In this document: piece after piece, positions 30,503 to 45,195 of the stretch | Position numbering within the stretch: position 1 is the first letter of the stretch | How the letters are laid out: each line of letters starts with the position of its first letter | NCBI GenBank assembly: GCA_964016885.1 | Contig: OZ024740.1 | Span: 114,824,001-114,888,000, forward strand | DNA from: Eledone cirrhosa | Lineage: Eukaryota | Length of the DNA stretch: 64,000 bases | Direction of reading: 5' to 3' | Notes under the pieces: model-generated | What the model saw: only the letters and a program-made list of their open reading frames with translations | Database searches by the model: none | What the model was told of the DNA's origin: nothing | Position numbers and translations under genes: made by a program

Positions 30503-30813
30503 CATATATATATACACATACATATATATACATATATATATACACACATACATATACACATACACACATACACACATACATACATACAACCACACATACA
30601 TACACACACATACATACTCATACATAGACATAGATATATATTCACACACAGATACGCACTTACATATACGCATATATACAAATACATACGCATCCATATA
30701 TGCGTATATACATACAAACACCACTAAACGCTCACACAACTCAGACATACAAAGAAAAAGGTATATACATACACATATATACACACATATAAATAGAGAT
30801 ACATATACATATA

Positions 30814-30847
<34 letters not shown>

Positions 30848-31139
30848 CACGCACGTACACACATAAACACACATACATACACATACATACACACATACAT
30901 ATATATATATACACACACACAAACACACACATACATATATATATATATATACATATATATTTATATATATATATATATATATATACACATACACATACAT
31001 CTATATACACATATGCACACACATACATACATACATACACATACACTTACATATATATAAAAAAATAAAGAAATAAGATAAATAAAAAAATAAATAAATT
31101 AATACACACAGTCAGACAAATATGCACACACATACATAT

Positions 31140-31196
<57 letters not shown>

Positions 31197-31276
31197 TATA
31201 CACACACACATTCATATATATACACATACATACACATACACATATATATACATACATATACACACATCAACTACAA

Positions 31277-31330
<54 letters not shown>

Positions 31331-31611
31331 TACATATTTTCATATATATATATATATATATTATAATAATAAATAATATATATATATATATATATAGACA
31401 TACATATATATAGACACACACTCACATATATATGCGCACATACGTACACATATAGACATACACACATATACACATAGACATATACATGTGCATACATGTA
31501 CATACACACATATACCCACATAGATACAAAGATACACATATATATAGAGAGAGACATACATATACACACACATATATACACACACATATATACACATATA
31601 TATATATACAT

Positions 31612-31662
<51 letters not shown>

Positions 31663-33081
31663 ATCATACACCCTTATTTGCATGCGCATATATGTATTTT
31701 TATACTCACATATAAACACCCAAACATACATACCTACCTACATATACATACATACATACACGCTTACAAATACAAATAATAATAGTAGGGGGGGAGGGGG
31801 GAGAAGGGGATTATAGTAAATATATGTTTCAAGAAACATAGAATATTAATCTGCATTTAGATCACAATATGTGTTTACATAGTTTCAGTATTAGGAAATG
31901 CAAGAAAGAAGGCAAAACTATGCATTTCAATATAAGTATACCATTAATTATAGGTTAACTAAACTAAAGATAGTTAATATATTGATTTCTAAGGTGTAAA
32001 TTACTTAGGTTTATAATATTTGAAGCAGAATTTTGAAGTTAAATAGTAGTAGAGTATTAATTATAGTATAACTAAATTAAAATTATTAACGTTATGGTAT
32101 CAATATTAGGAAATGAATTTAGTAATAGGGAAAAAACAAATAAAGTATTACATCGGTAGTAGAATATAAATTATAGGTTAACTAAATTAAAAATTATATA
32201 TTAATTTCTATAGTATATGTTAATTAGGTATATAATAATTAAAACAGATATTGTATTTTATCAATAGTAGAATATAATTATAGGTAAACAGAAATTAAAA
32301 TTAATACATACACATATACATATACATACATATATATACACATATATATACATATATACACATACATATATATACATACATATACATTTTTTTCAAAAAT
32401 TGTAAAGAATATATTAACTAGGTATACATCCAAAACCTATCCCATTCTATGATTACATGACACTCTGCAATCCATCTGTATTAGGATACTATTTTTAAGC
32501 CAATTAAATTAAATTTTTAGGTTGACCAAATTTAAAACCAAATTATAAATATATTTCTAAAATGTATATTAATTAGGTCTATAATACTAAAAATTATTTC
32601 TCTGTCATTGAATACACGATATTTTGTTATATTTTATCTGTAAAGGAATTTTAATAAAGGGTTAAATAAATTAAAATTAATCTATAAATTAAATTACTAA
32701 GTATATATTAGTAATATTTAAAGGTTTTTCACAATTTATGATTACACAATATTTTATATTCTCATCTGTAGTAGAATTTTAATTAAATTAAATTTATAGG
32801 TTAACTAACATTTAAATTAAATTATATATTAGTTTCTAAAATAATGTTATTAATTAGGTTTATAATATTTAAATGTTTTTTTTAGTTTATGATTACACGA
32901 TATAATTAATTCCTGTCGTTTATTTAATAGGATATCCTTAGATTTCATTATTTCAAATAGTTCTTGGGAACATAATCTACATTCATTTCTATTATTTTGA
33001 TAAGGGGTGGCTCTTTTGAGCACACTCCAGGTCAAATCATATTCTATATTCTTATTTTTATAACTATTGATTTTTTCTGCT

Positions 33082-34642
33082 GAATTTCAGAATGAATACT
33101 GGACCAGAAACACATATAGTAATCTATTTGATATTACTATGGGTTCAAGCGATTCCGCCCAAATTACTGATCTTGTGGGCCTCTTTCTCCTTTTCAACAT
33201 AAATGCCTCCTTTCCCCACCTTAAAGGTGGTTTATATCGTGATGACTGTCTTCTTCTTTCCAACAACCTTAGCCTTTCAGAAATAGAAAAAAACAAAAAG
33301 CATATTAGAACTTTCCTTAAAGACTATTATAGTCTTCATATTACTTTTGAAAAAACAAGTAAAGTAGTAAATTTCCTAGATATAACTTTAGACTTAGCTA
33401 CGGGTATCTACCAACCTTACCATAAACCCAACCAAAACTTACATTACATACACTCACAATCTAATCACCCTAAATCTATCCTTAAAAACCTTGCATATAA
33501 TATATCACTTAGAATTTCTAACCTTTCTTCTAACCAAGATGTATTTGATAAAAATGCGACCTTCTATAACGAAGCTCTAGATAGAAGGGGCTACAAAAAT
33601 AGATTAGAATATATACCTTCTACTAAAAATACTAAAAAACATACAACCTAATATTACCAACAAACACCAAATGAAAAGTACACACCTAAATGCCACCCAC
33701 ACTATACCCCAAAATACCAAATCTTCTAATATAAAGTATAGTAACTCTCAAAAAACTACTCATCATACAACTCTAATAAATGTTAATAATAAAACTCCTA
33801 ATAAACAAGATAAAACACCTAAATCTACAAATATAACTAAAAATGTGTGTGGTGAGATCATTAACATTAATCCTCCTAGTAAACATCACGATACAACCTA
33901 TAAAAATAATAAAAATAATAAACAACATAGAAACCGTAATAGACGGGTTACTTGGTATAATGCTCCATTTAATTTACAAATTAAGGATAATATTGCTAAA
34001 AAATTTTTTTATATCCTAGAGAAAAACTTCCCGCCAAACCACAAATACCATCAAATCTTAAATAGGTCTACAGTTAAATTCTCATACTCAACAACAAATA
34101 ACATAAAACAAAATATAAGTGCCTATAATGCATATAAATGTAAGAAAACCATATGTATACCACCAATACATCAAACTAACCATAATATCTCCTCAAATAC
34201 AGAATTAACGAAAGGTTGTAACTGTAGAAACAAAGCAAACTGCCCATTAAAAGGAAATTGTCTTGTTAACAACATAGTTTATAAATGTAATGTTAAAACT
34301 AAAGATTCTATTTGCTCATATATAGGAGCTACTTCTAACAATTTTAAGACAAGGTTTAATACCCACAAACATAGTTTTAAAAATGCCGCACTGGCTAATA
34401 CAACATCTCTAGCAGAAAAAATCAATAGTTATAAAAATAAGAATATAGAATATGATTTGACCTGGAGTGTGCTCAAAAGAGCCACCCCTTATCAAAATAA
34501 TAGAAATGAATGTAGATTATGTTCCCAAGAACTATTTGAAATAATGAAATCTAAGGATATCCTATTAAATAAACGACAGGAATTAATTATATCGTGTAAT
34601 CATAAACTAAAAAAAACATTTAAATATTATAAACCTAATTAA
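33082..34642 (+). pseudogene. 5'-truncated copy of the Naiad ORF with a +1 frameshift
   Basis: Starts at EFQNEYW. An A5 to A6 change near 33634-33639 splits it into ORF-track entries 33067-33651 and 33671-34642. Otherwise only a few substitutions versus 25462-27020. Confidence 0.9.
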
Positions 34643-35824
34643 TAACATTATTTTAGAAACTAATATATAATTTAATTTAAATGTTAGTTAACCTATAAAT
34701 TTAATTTAATTAAAATTCTACTACAGATGAGAATATAAAATATTGTGTAATCATAAATTGTGAAAAACCTTTAAATATTACTAATATATACTTAGTAATT
34801 TAATTTATAGATTAATTTTAATTTATTTAACCCTTTATTAAAATTCCTTTACAGATAAAATATAACAAAATATCGTGTATTCAATGACAGAGAAATAATT
34901 TTTAGTATTATAGACCTAATTAATATACATTTTAGAAATATATTTATAATTTGGTTTTAAATTTGGTCAACCTAAAAATTTAATTTAATTGGCTTAAAAA
35001 TAGTATCCTAATACAGATGGATTGCAGAGTGTCATGTAATCATAGAATGGGATAGGTTTTGGATGTATACCTAGTTAATATATTCTTTACAATTTTTGAA
35101 AAAATATGTATATGTATGTATATATATGTATGTGTATATATGTATATATATGTGTATATATATGTATGTATATGTATATGTGTATGTATTAATTTTAATT
35201 TCTGTTTACCTATAATTATATTCTACTATTGATAAAATACAATATCTGTTTTAATTATTATATACCTAATTAACATATACTATAGAAATTAATATATAAT
35301 TTTTAATTTAGTTAACCTATAATTTATATTCTACTACCGATGTAATACTTTATTTGTTTTTTCCCTATTACTAATTTCATTTCCTAATATTGATACCATA
35401 ACGTTAATAATTTTAATTTAGTTATACTATAATTAATACTCTACTACTATTTAACTTCAAAATTCTGCTTCAAATATTATAAACCTAAGTAATTTACACC
35501 TTAGAAATCAATATATTAACTATCTTTAGTTTAGTTAACCTATAATTAATGGTATACTTATATTGAAATGCATAGTTTTGCCTTCTTTCTTGCATTTCCT
35601 AATACTGAAACTATGTAAACACATATTGTGATCTAAATGCAGATTAATATTCTATGTTTCTTGAAACATATATTTACTATAATCCCCTTCCCCCCCCCCT
35701 ACTATTATTATTTGTATTTGTAAGCGTGTATGTATGTATGTATATGTAGGTAGGTATGTATGTTTGGGTGTTTATATGTGAGTATAAAAATACATATATG
35801 CGCATGCAAATAAGGGTGTATGAT

Positions 35825-35863
<39 letters not shown>

Positions 35864-36107
35864 ATGTATATATATATATGTGTATATATGTGTGTGTATA
35901 TATGTGTGTGTATATGTATGTCTCTCTCTATATATATGTGTATATTTGTATCTATGTGGGTATATGTGTGTATGTACATGTATGCACATGTATATGTCTA
36001 TGTGTATATGTGTGTATGTGTATATGTGTACGTATGTGCGCATATATATGTGAGTGTGTGTCTATATATATGTATGTCTATATATATATATATATATATT
36101 ATTTATT

Positions 36108-36139
<32 letters not shown>

Positions 36140-36150
36140 GAAAATATGTA

Positions 36151-36196
<46 letters not shown>

Positions 36197-36276
36197 TTGT
36201 AGTTGATGTGTGTATATGTATGTATATATATGTGTATGTGTATGTATGTGTATATATATGTATGTGTGTGTGTATA

Positions 36277-36331
<55 letters not shown>

Positions 36332-36587
36332 GTATGTGTGTGCATATTTGTCTGACTGTGTGTATTAATTTATTTATTTTTTTATTTATCTTATTTCTTT
36401 ATTTTTTTATATATATGTATGTGTATGTGTATGTATGTATGTATGTATGTGTGTGCATATGTGTATATATATGTATGTGTATGTGTATATATATATATAT
36501 GTATGTGTGTGTTTGTGTGTCTGTATATATATATATGTATGTGTGTATGTATGTGTATGTATGTGTGTTTATGTGTGTACGTGCGTG

Positions 36588-36642
<55 letters not shown>

Positions 36643-36942
36643 GTATCTCTATTTATATGTGTGTATATATGTGTATGTATATACCTTTTTCTTTGTATGT
36701 CTGAGTTGTGTGAGCGTTTAGTGGTGTTTGTATGTATATACGCATATATGGATGCGTATGTATTTGTATATATGCGTATATGTAAGTGCGTATCTGTGTG
36801 TGAATATATATCTATGTCTATGTATGAGTATGTATGTGTGTGTATGTATGTGTGGTTGTATGTATGTATGTGTGTATGTGTGTATGTGTATATGTATGAG
36901 TGTATATATATATGTATATATATGTATGTGTATATATATATG

Positions 36943-36989
<47 letters not shown>

Positions 36990-37109
36990 TATATGTGTGT
37001 GTGTGTGTGTGTGTATATGTATCTTTATATATGTGTATGTGTATGTATGTGTAGGTGTGTGTGTGTGTATATAAGTATGTGTGTATGTGTGTATGTGTGT
37101 GTATGTATG

Positions 37110-37180
<71 letters not shown>

Positions 37181-37292
37181 ATGTGTATGTGTGTGTATGT
37201 GTGTATATATATATATTTATATATATATATATATTTATATGTGGATATGTATGTGTATGTGTGTATATATATACGTGTGTTGTGAGTGTGTG

Positions 37293-37323
<31 letters not shown>

Positions 37324-37360
37324 ATATATATATATGTATGCGTGTATGTGTATATGTGTG

Positions 37361-37397
<37 letters not shown>

Positions 37398-37764
37398 TTA
37401 TGTGTGTATGTGTATGTATTTATATGTGTATATGTATGTGACTCTATATGTATGCGTGTGTGTATGTGTATGTGTATTTATATGGTATGTGTATGTATAT
37501 GTATGTATATGTATGTGTTTGCATATATGTGTATGTATATGTATGTATATGTATGTGTGTGTATGCGTGTGTATTTATTTATATGTCTATATGTATGTTT
37601 ATCGATGTATATTTTATATTTTACTTGTTTGTATATATATATATGTATGTTATGTATATGTATATATATATGTGTGTGTATATATGTGTGTATATATGTG
37701 TATATATATGTGTATATATATATATATATGTATATGTATATGTGTGTGTGTGTGTGTGTGTGTA

Positions 37765-37795
<31 letters not shown>

Positions 37796-38394
37796 TTTCT
37801 TGATATATTTCTTTTTTCTTTTTCTTTTCTTTTTATTTCTAAGTTTATAGATACATTTATAAATAGGCAGTCTGCAGACACCGTTGAATACTGACCTCTC
37901 CCCCCCTCCCATCTAATTTCTGTATCCTGATCTAAATGTGTGTGGCAGTGTTTATGTGCGTGCATTAATGTCCATATGCTTATGATAGTACTATATACAC
38001 ATATATATGTGTGTGGGGGTATGTGTGTGTATGTATGTTCGTAGTTATGTGTATGTTTATGCATATACGCGCGTGTGTGTGTGAGTGTACGAATATGTGT
38101 GAGTATATGAATGTGTGTATACATTTATTTTATATTTACGTGTCTATACGCATTTTATCTGTAGATTATAAACTTACAGAGACATTAGCCTTGAATTTTT
38201 GTATTTACATACATCTTTTTGGCATGCGTATGCATGTGAACATATATCTTCGTGCAAATATGTGTACGAAGTTAATTACATGTATATACACACACCTAAC
38301 TGCATAAAATTTTTTGTATTTTCATTGGTCAATTTGAACTCTGTTCCCAAACGGACCTGAAATTTTGAATTGTTGTTATTATCAATAAATATAT

Positions 38395-38549
38395 TTCATT
38401 ATTTCTGAAGACGGCATATATATGTGTTTGGTATGTATATTTAATTTTGATAGTTTGTATAATTTTGTATAATTTTGTACATAGATCTGTTGAATATGCA
38501 TGCCAATTCTAACACATATATATCCTAGAAACGATCGTTAAATAATGAA
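38395..38549 (+). ncRNA. Type I HHR with extended stem II (GUU triplet)
   Basis: Stem I 38395-38404 / 38540-38549, CTGAAGA at 38405-38411, GAAA at 38528-38531, palindromic stem III AACGATCGTT. Confidence 0.75.
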
Positions 38550-38603
38550 CTTTTTTTGTTTAATATAAGGAACTGTTTCATTGTTTTATTCATTATTTTT
38601 TTA

Positions 38604-38701
<98 letters not shown>

Positions 38702-38723
38702 AATCTACATATATATATATATA

Positions 38724-39546
38724 TAAAGAATTAATATCTAGTAACATATATATACATACAGATGCATATCAATGTTAGCAAATATATAGGTTCTGTCTTA
38801 GTAACTTTGTGCTTCAATGCATGGGGTTGCAGAACAATAATATGAGAGGCGTAAAATAAGAAAATTATAAAATTAACTTACTTACTAAAATTTCACACCC
38901 AACTAATTAGTTTCTGAAATGGAATAAATATACTTTCCTAAGAAAATACAGAGAAGCATTTCGTCGTCAGGGAAGACTATTCTCAGCTAAGTATCCAGGC
39001 AAAGCGTGGACTCTGGAGACTTATACAAAAATAATTCAGTGGATAGGAAATAGCAAAGCGTGGACTGAATTCTTAGCCCCTGAGAAAATCACTGCCTCTG
39101 CGTCGGTGGCAAATTCAAAAAGAATCAATCACGTGACATCGAGGTCAATCAGTGGAAAGTGGTTTGTTAATAAGACAGCGGCCTGCCTGCTACCATAGCA
39201 GCAGTCTTGGCCAATATTGCTCGACAAATAATTTGGAGATAATTGTAAAGAATTAATATCTAGTAACATATATATACATACAGATGCATATCAATGTTAG
39301 CAAATATATAGGTTTTGTCTTAGTAACTTTGTGGTTCAATGCATGGGGCTGCAGAACAATAATATGAGAGACGTAAAATAAGAAAATTATAAAATTAACT
39401 TACTTACTAAAATTTCACTCCCAACTAATTAGTTTCTGAAATGGAAAAAATATACTTTCCGAAGAAAATATTGAGAAGCATTTCGTCGTCAGGGAAGACT
39501 ATTCTCAGCTAAGTATCCAAGCAAAGCGTGGACTCTGGAGACTTAT
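38724..39546. repeat. Direct repeats of about 300 bp separated by about 220 bp; candidate small non-autonomous retroelement
   Basis: 38724-39024 is nearly identical to 39246-39546. No ORF, microsatellite flanks. Confidence 0.7.
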
Positions 39547-39838
39547 ATATAAAGATACATACATATATATAAATATACATACATACATACATATATATAT
39601 AAATATACATACATACATATATATATAAATATCCATACATACATATATATATAAATATACATACATAAATATATATATAAATCTACATACATATATATAT
39701 ATAAATCTTCATACATACATATATATAAATCTACATACACACATATATACATATATACATACATACAATTACGTATTTATATAGCTATGCATTTATACAT
39801 TTGTATATATACTTGCATTTATATTTAAGTGTGTAAGG

Positions 39839-39972
<134 letters not shown>

Positions 39973-42900
39973 TTACACACACACACACGCACAAATATAT
40001 ATATATATATATATAATATTATAATGAAATGACAGGAGGCTAGATTTGTGTAAATCCTTGAAAGGTTTATTATACTATGATCATTTCAATGACCGGGTTC
40101 CGTATGAATCCGGTGATATCATCAGGTATTCAAAATATAATACGTGAATGTAATAAATAAAATCCATGGGGCTGAAAATCGAGGACCCGAGGGCGACCGC
40201 TATTCTGTTCCTTCAACCTCAGCCGGTCGCCCTCGAGTGACGTGGCTAAAGTTTATAGTATGCTACTACCGGTCAGATAAACGAAAACAGAAAGGGATGG
40301 GAACATAAGTTAGCGTCAATCTCATGACACAAGGTAAAAGAAAGAAAGGAAGGAGAGAGAAGAAGGGGTAAGAAAGAAGAAGAGAAGCCAGGGTTAATGT
40401 CAGCTAAAAGAAGAAAGGCAACTACTACCGGTCAGATATAGGCAAGCAAGAGGGGGTAGGAAGATAAGTCTGCGGGAGGAAGACAGGAAGAGGGGAGAAG
40501 AGAAGGAAGAGAAGAGAGAAGTAGAAAAGTAAGGGTTGATGGCTACAAGAAGGAAGATAGAAAGAAAGAGGTAAAAAGGTCGATATTAATGTCAGACCAC
40601 AGTCCGGCCAGGAGTGGCGCGAGAAACTTTTCACAGGGACCCGCATCTTAGCAGAGATGAATATATTGGGAGTCAGTGTGTTACAATGTTTAGACTTCTA
40701 GGATGAAGTTAAAAAATTAATAATCAATATTCAATATTAAAGAGGTTAGAAAATTTAAAGTCCAACAGTTTAGCATTTTCAGGTTGATATATCTAATAGT
40801 TCCGATTTGTTCTGAAATTTAAAGGTACTATGTGGCGGTTAAAACACCGGCCGCGCCCCGGGCCCCATGGCGATTAAGCTACGCCGAGTATTTTCATTTA
40901 CCGAAAGAAGGGGAAATTTATTTTTCCAAGCACTTCAAGTAAGCTCGAGTGCCAGGGATCTGGTCGCGCCGCCATTAAAACCCACCCAACAGTCCGACAG
41001 AAAGTTGGAACTTTAAAATTTTGCTTAGAGAAGTACAGGAGTAATGGTTGATGGCTACAAGAAGGAAGATAGAAAGAGAGAGGAAGGAAGGTCGATATTA
41101 ATGTCAGGCCACAGTCAGGCCAGGAGTGGCGCGAGAAACTTTTCACAGGGACCCGCATCTTAGCAGAGGTGAATATATTGGGAGTCAGTGTGTTACAATG
41201 TTTATACTTCTAGGATGAAGTTAAACAATTAATAATCAATATTCAATATTAAAGAGGTTAGAAAATTTAAAGTTCAACAGTTTAACATTTTCAGGTTGAT
41301 ATATCTAATAGTTCCGATTTGTTCTGTAATTTAAAGGTACTATGTGGCGGTTAAAACACCGGCCGCGCCCCAGGCCCCATGGCGAATTAAGCTACGCCGA
41401 GTATTTTTATTTACCGAAACAAGGGGAAATATATTTTTCCAAGCACTCCAGGTAAGCTCGTGCGCCACTCCTGGCCTGACTGTGGTCTGACATTAATATC
41501 GATCTTCCTTTAAATTACAGAACAAATCGGAACTATTAGATATATCAACCTGAAAATGTTAAACTGTTGAACTTTAAATGTTCTAACCTCTTTAATATTG
41601 AATATTGATTATTAATTTTTTAACTTCATCCTATAAGTCTAAACATTGTAACACACTGACTCCCAATATATTCACCTCTGCTAATATGCGGGTCCCTGTG
41701 AAAATTTTCTCGTGCCACTCCTGGCCTGACTGTGGCCTGACATTAATATCGACCTTCCTTCCTCTCTCTTTCTATGTTCTTTCTTGTAGCCATCAACCAT
41801 TACTCTTGTACTTCTCTAAGCAAAATTTTAAAGTTCCAGCTTTCTGTCGGACTGTTGGGTGGGTTTTAATGGCGGCGCGACCAGCTCCCTGGCGCACGAA
41901 CTTACCTGGACTGCTTCGAAAAATAAATTTCCCCTTCTTTCGGTAAATGGAAATACTCGGCGTAGCTTAATTCGCCATGGGGCCCGGGGCGCAGCCGGTG
42001 TTTTAACCGCCACATAGTACCTTTAAATTACAGAACAAATCGGAACTATTAGATATATCAACCTGATAGTGTTAAACTGTTGAACTTTAAATTTTCTAAC
42101 CTCTTTAATATTGAATATTGATTATTAATTTTTTAACTTCATCGCAGAAGTCTAAACATTGTAACCCACTGACTCCCAATATATTCATCTCTGCGAAGAT
42201 GCGGGTCCCTGTGAAAATTTTCTCGCGCTACTCCTGGTCGGACTGTGGTCTGACATTAATATCAACCTTTCTACCTCTTTCTTTCTATCTTCCTTCTTGT
42301 AGCCATCAACCCTTACTTTTCTACTTCTCTCTTCTCTTCCTTCTCTTCTCCCCTCTTCCTGTCTTCCTCCCGCAGACTTATCTTCCTTCCCCCTTTTGCT
42401 TTCCTATATCAGACCGGTAGTAGTTTCCTTTCCTCTTTTAGCTGACATTAACCCTGGCTTCTCCTCTTCTTTCTTCCCCCTTCTTCTCTCTCCTTCCTTT
42501 CTTTCTTCCTTTTACCTTGTGTCATGAGATTGACGCTAACTTATGTTCCCATCCCTTTCTGTTTTCGTTTATCTGACCGGTAGTAGCATACTATAAACTT
42601 TAGCCACGTCACTCGAGGGCGACCGACTGAGGTTGAAGGAACAGAATAGCGGTCGCCCTCGGGTCCTCGATTTTCAGCCCCATGGATTTTATCTATTACA
42701 TTCACGTATTATATTTCGAATACCTGATGATATCACCGGATTCATACGGAACCCTGTCATTGAAATAATCATAGTATAATAAACCTTTCAAGGATTTACA
42801 CAAATCCAGCCTCCTGTCATGTCATTATAATATTTAACTCCGTAATAGCACCACCAACTACAAAAACAAAGACGGTTGAACTGCCTTACGTTGAGTACTC

Positions 42901-43264
42901 TCTATATTATTGCATTACGATTGACCATACGGAATAGACCAGCTCTATACAGTGGTGAACCTCAAACCTGAATAAATAATGCTCCTGAAATGTTGAGCAC
43001 TTCAAAATGTAATAATGAACAGCGGCATGGGACTGAATATATCTAACCAGAATTCGAACTTTGGCTACTCGGTGTTTTCGCCTGGCCCATTGCTGCTCCC
43101 CTCTCAGAATATTCGAACTTCGACGAAACTCCACGGATTAGAGCATAACATGTATTGTACTGCACTGTATTAACTAAATGGCTACCCTATACTTCTGGGC
43201 ATGTATAACTCACACTGAACTCCCAGACTCGAACACACACTGTTTCCACATCTATATGCATTAT

Positions 43265-43990
43265 CTGACTGCAACTTGAACTATATTGTATTTCTCCTGT
43301 GTCTTGAACACTCCATTTAATAGACAACGACTCTTGTTTGTTTATTTATATCTTTACATCTTTATTTGCTGTATTAATGCCCCTCCACGTATTCTACCTC
43401 TATACATCCATGTACTTTCTACTTCCCTTATTCGGACTTTTACTCGCGTGTACCCTTAGCACACGTCACTGGAATATCTCCCCCTGGGAACATAAATACT
43501 GCAACCTGAACTATATTGTATTTCTCCTGTGTCTTGAACTCTACATTTACTAGACAACGACTATTGTTTGTTTATTTATATCTTCACATCTTTATTTGCT
43601 GTATTAATGCCTTTCCACGTACTCTACCTCTATACATCCATGTACTTTTCATTTCACTTCCCTTATTCGGACTTTTACTCGCGTGTACCCTTAGCACACG
43701 ACACGGGATTGTCTCTCCCCCCCCCCCCCCCCGGGAACATAAATACTGCAACCTGAACTATATTGTAATTCTCCTATGTCTTGATTTCTCCATCTTACTC
43801 CAACACCACTCTTGTTGGTTTATTTACATATTTATACCTATATATTGATATGTTTATATATTTATACCTTTGTTGTACCAATGTGCTCTTCCACGTATTC
43901 CACTTCTATGTATCCATGTATTTCTACTCCTCACATTGGGACCTGTACCCATTAGCACACGACACTAGAATGTCTCCTCCTGAGAACAAA
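43265..43990 (+). repeat. Three diverged tandem units of about 230-245 bp inside the ORF-less monomer
   Basis: ctgcaacYtgaactatattgta occurs at about 43270, 43499 and 43747, and ttagcacacg recurs in each unit. Confidence 0.8.
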
Positions 43991-45120
43991 AATAAATATT
44001 ACACGACTATATCCCGTACTCTACATCCCACTAGGATAAATTACAGATCTACATAATACAATTAACGTTTCTTCATAAAAGACTCTATTTAATTAAACGC
44101 CGCAACCCAAAACCTCATAGATGTTATTTGAATGTTTAATATTCAATTTTCTGTTTGTTCAATTCTCAATCTTCTTACTCTTTAGTTTTATAATGTTATT
44201 CTGAATTCGTTCAACTTCATCCGATAAAGTTAAGCAATATTTTAGAGTTCCAACTTTCTGTACGACTTTGGGGGGGGGGGGGGGTGATGGTGGCTAGACC
44301 AGCCCCCTGGCACACGAGCTTACCTGGAGTGCTTGGAAAAATAAATTTCCCCTTCTTTCGGTAAATGAAAATACTCGGCGTAGCTTAATTCGCCATGGGG
44401 CCCGGGGCGCAGCCGGTGTTTTAACCGCCACATAGAACCTTTAAATTACAGAACAAATCGGAACTATTTGATATATCAACCTGAAAATGTTAAACTGTTG
44501 AACTTTAAATTTTCTAACCTCTTTAATATTGAATATTGATTATTAATTTTTTAACTTCATCCTAGAAGTCTAAACATTGTAACACACTGACTCCCAATAT
44601 ATTCACCTCTGCTAAGATGCGGGTCCCTGTGAAAATTTTCTCGCGCCACTCCTGGCAAAACTGTGGTCTGACATTAATATCGACCTTTCTTCCTCTTTCT
44701 TTCTATCTTCCTTCTTGTAGCCATCAACCCTTACTTTTCTACTTCTCTCTTCTCTTCCTTCTCTTCTCCCCTCTTCCTGTCTTCCTCCCGCAGACCTATC
44801 TTCCTTCCCCCTCTTGCTTGCCTATATCTGACCGGTAGTAGTTGCCTTTCTTCTTTTAGCTGATATTAACCCTGGCTTCTCTTCTTCTTTCTTCCCCCTT
44901 CTTCTCTCTCCTTCCTTTCTTTCTTTTACCTTGTGTCATGAGATTGACGCTAACTTATGTTCCCATCCCTTTCTGTTTTCGTTTATCTGACCGGTAGTAG
45001 CACACTATAAACTTTAGCCACGTCACTCGAGGGCGACCGGCTGGGGTTGAAGGAACAGAATAGCGGTCGCCCTCGGGTCCTCGATTTTCAGCCCCATGGA
45101 TTTTATCTATTACATTCACG

Positions 45121-45195
45121 TATTATATTTCGAATACCTGATGATATCACCGGATTCATACGGAACCCGGTCATTGAAATGATCATAGTATAATA
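45121..45195 (+). ncRNA. Type I HHR (further copies at 42707-42781 + and 40068-40142 -)
   Basis: atac-CTGATGA (45138-45144), stem II accgg/ccggt, GAAA (45176-45179), tgatcaTA, gtat. Stem III is the palindrome ATGATCAT. Confidence 0.75.

Noticed and set aside
41900-41915. ACTTACCTGG resembling the U1 snRNA 5' end
   Set aside because: The downstream sequence does not follow U1 stem-loops or an Sm site. It is better read as an antisense splice-donor-like motif within a repeat.
40425-44838. Repeated short ORFs MRVPVK..HSWPDCGLTLISTFLPLS
   Set aside because: They come from the repeated module running into CT-rich low-complexity sequence. Upstream stops differ between copies and there is no recognisable domain.
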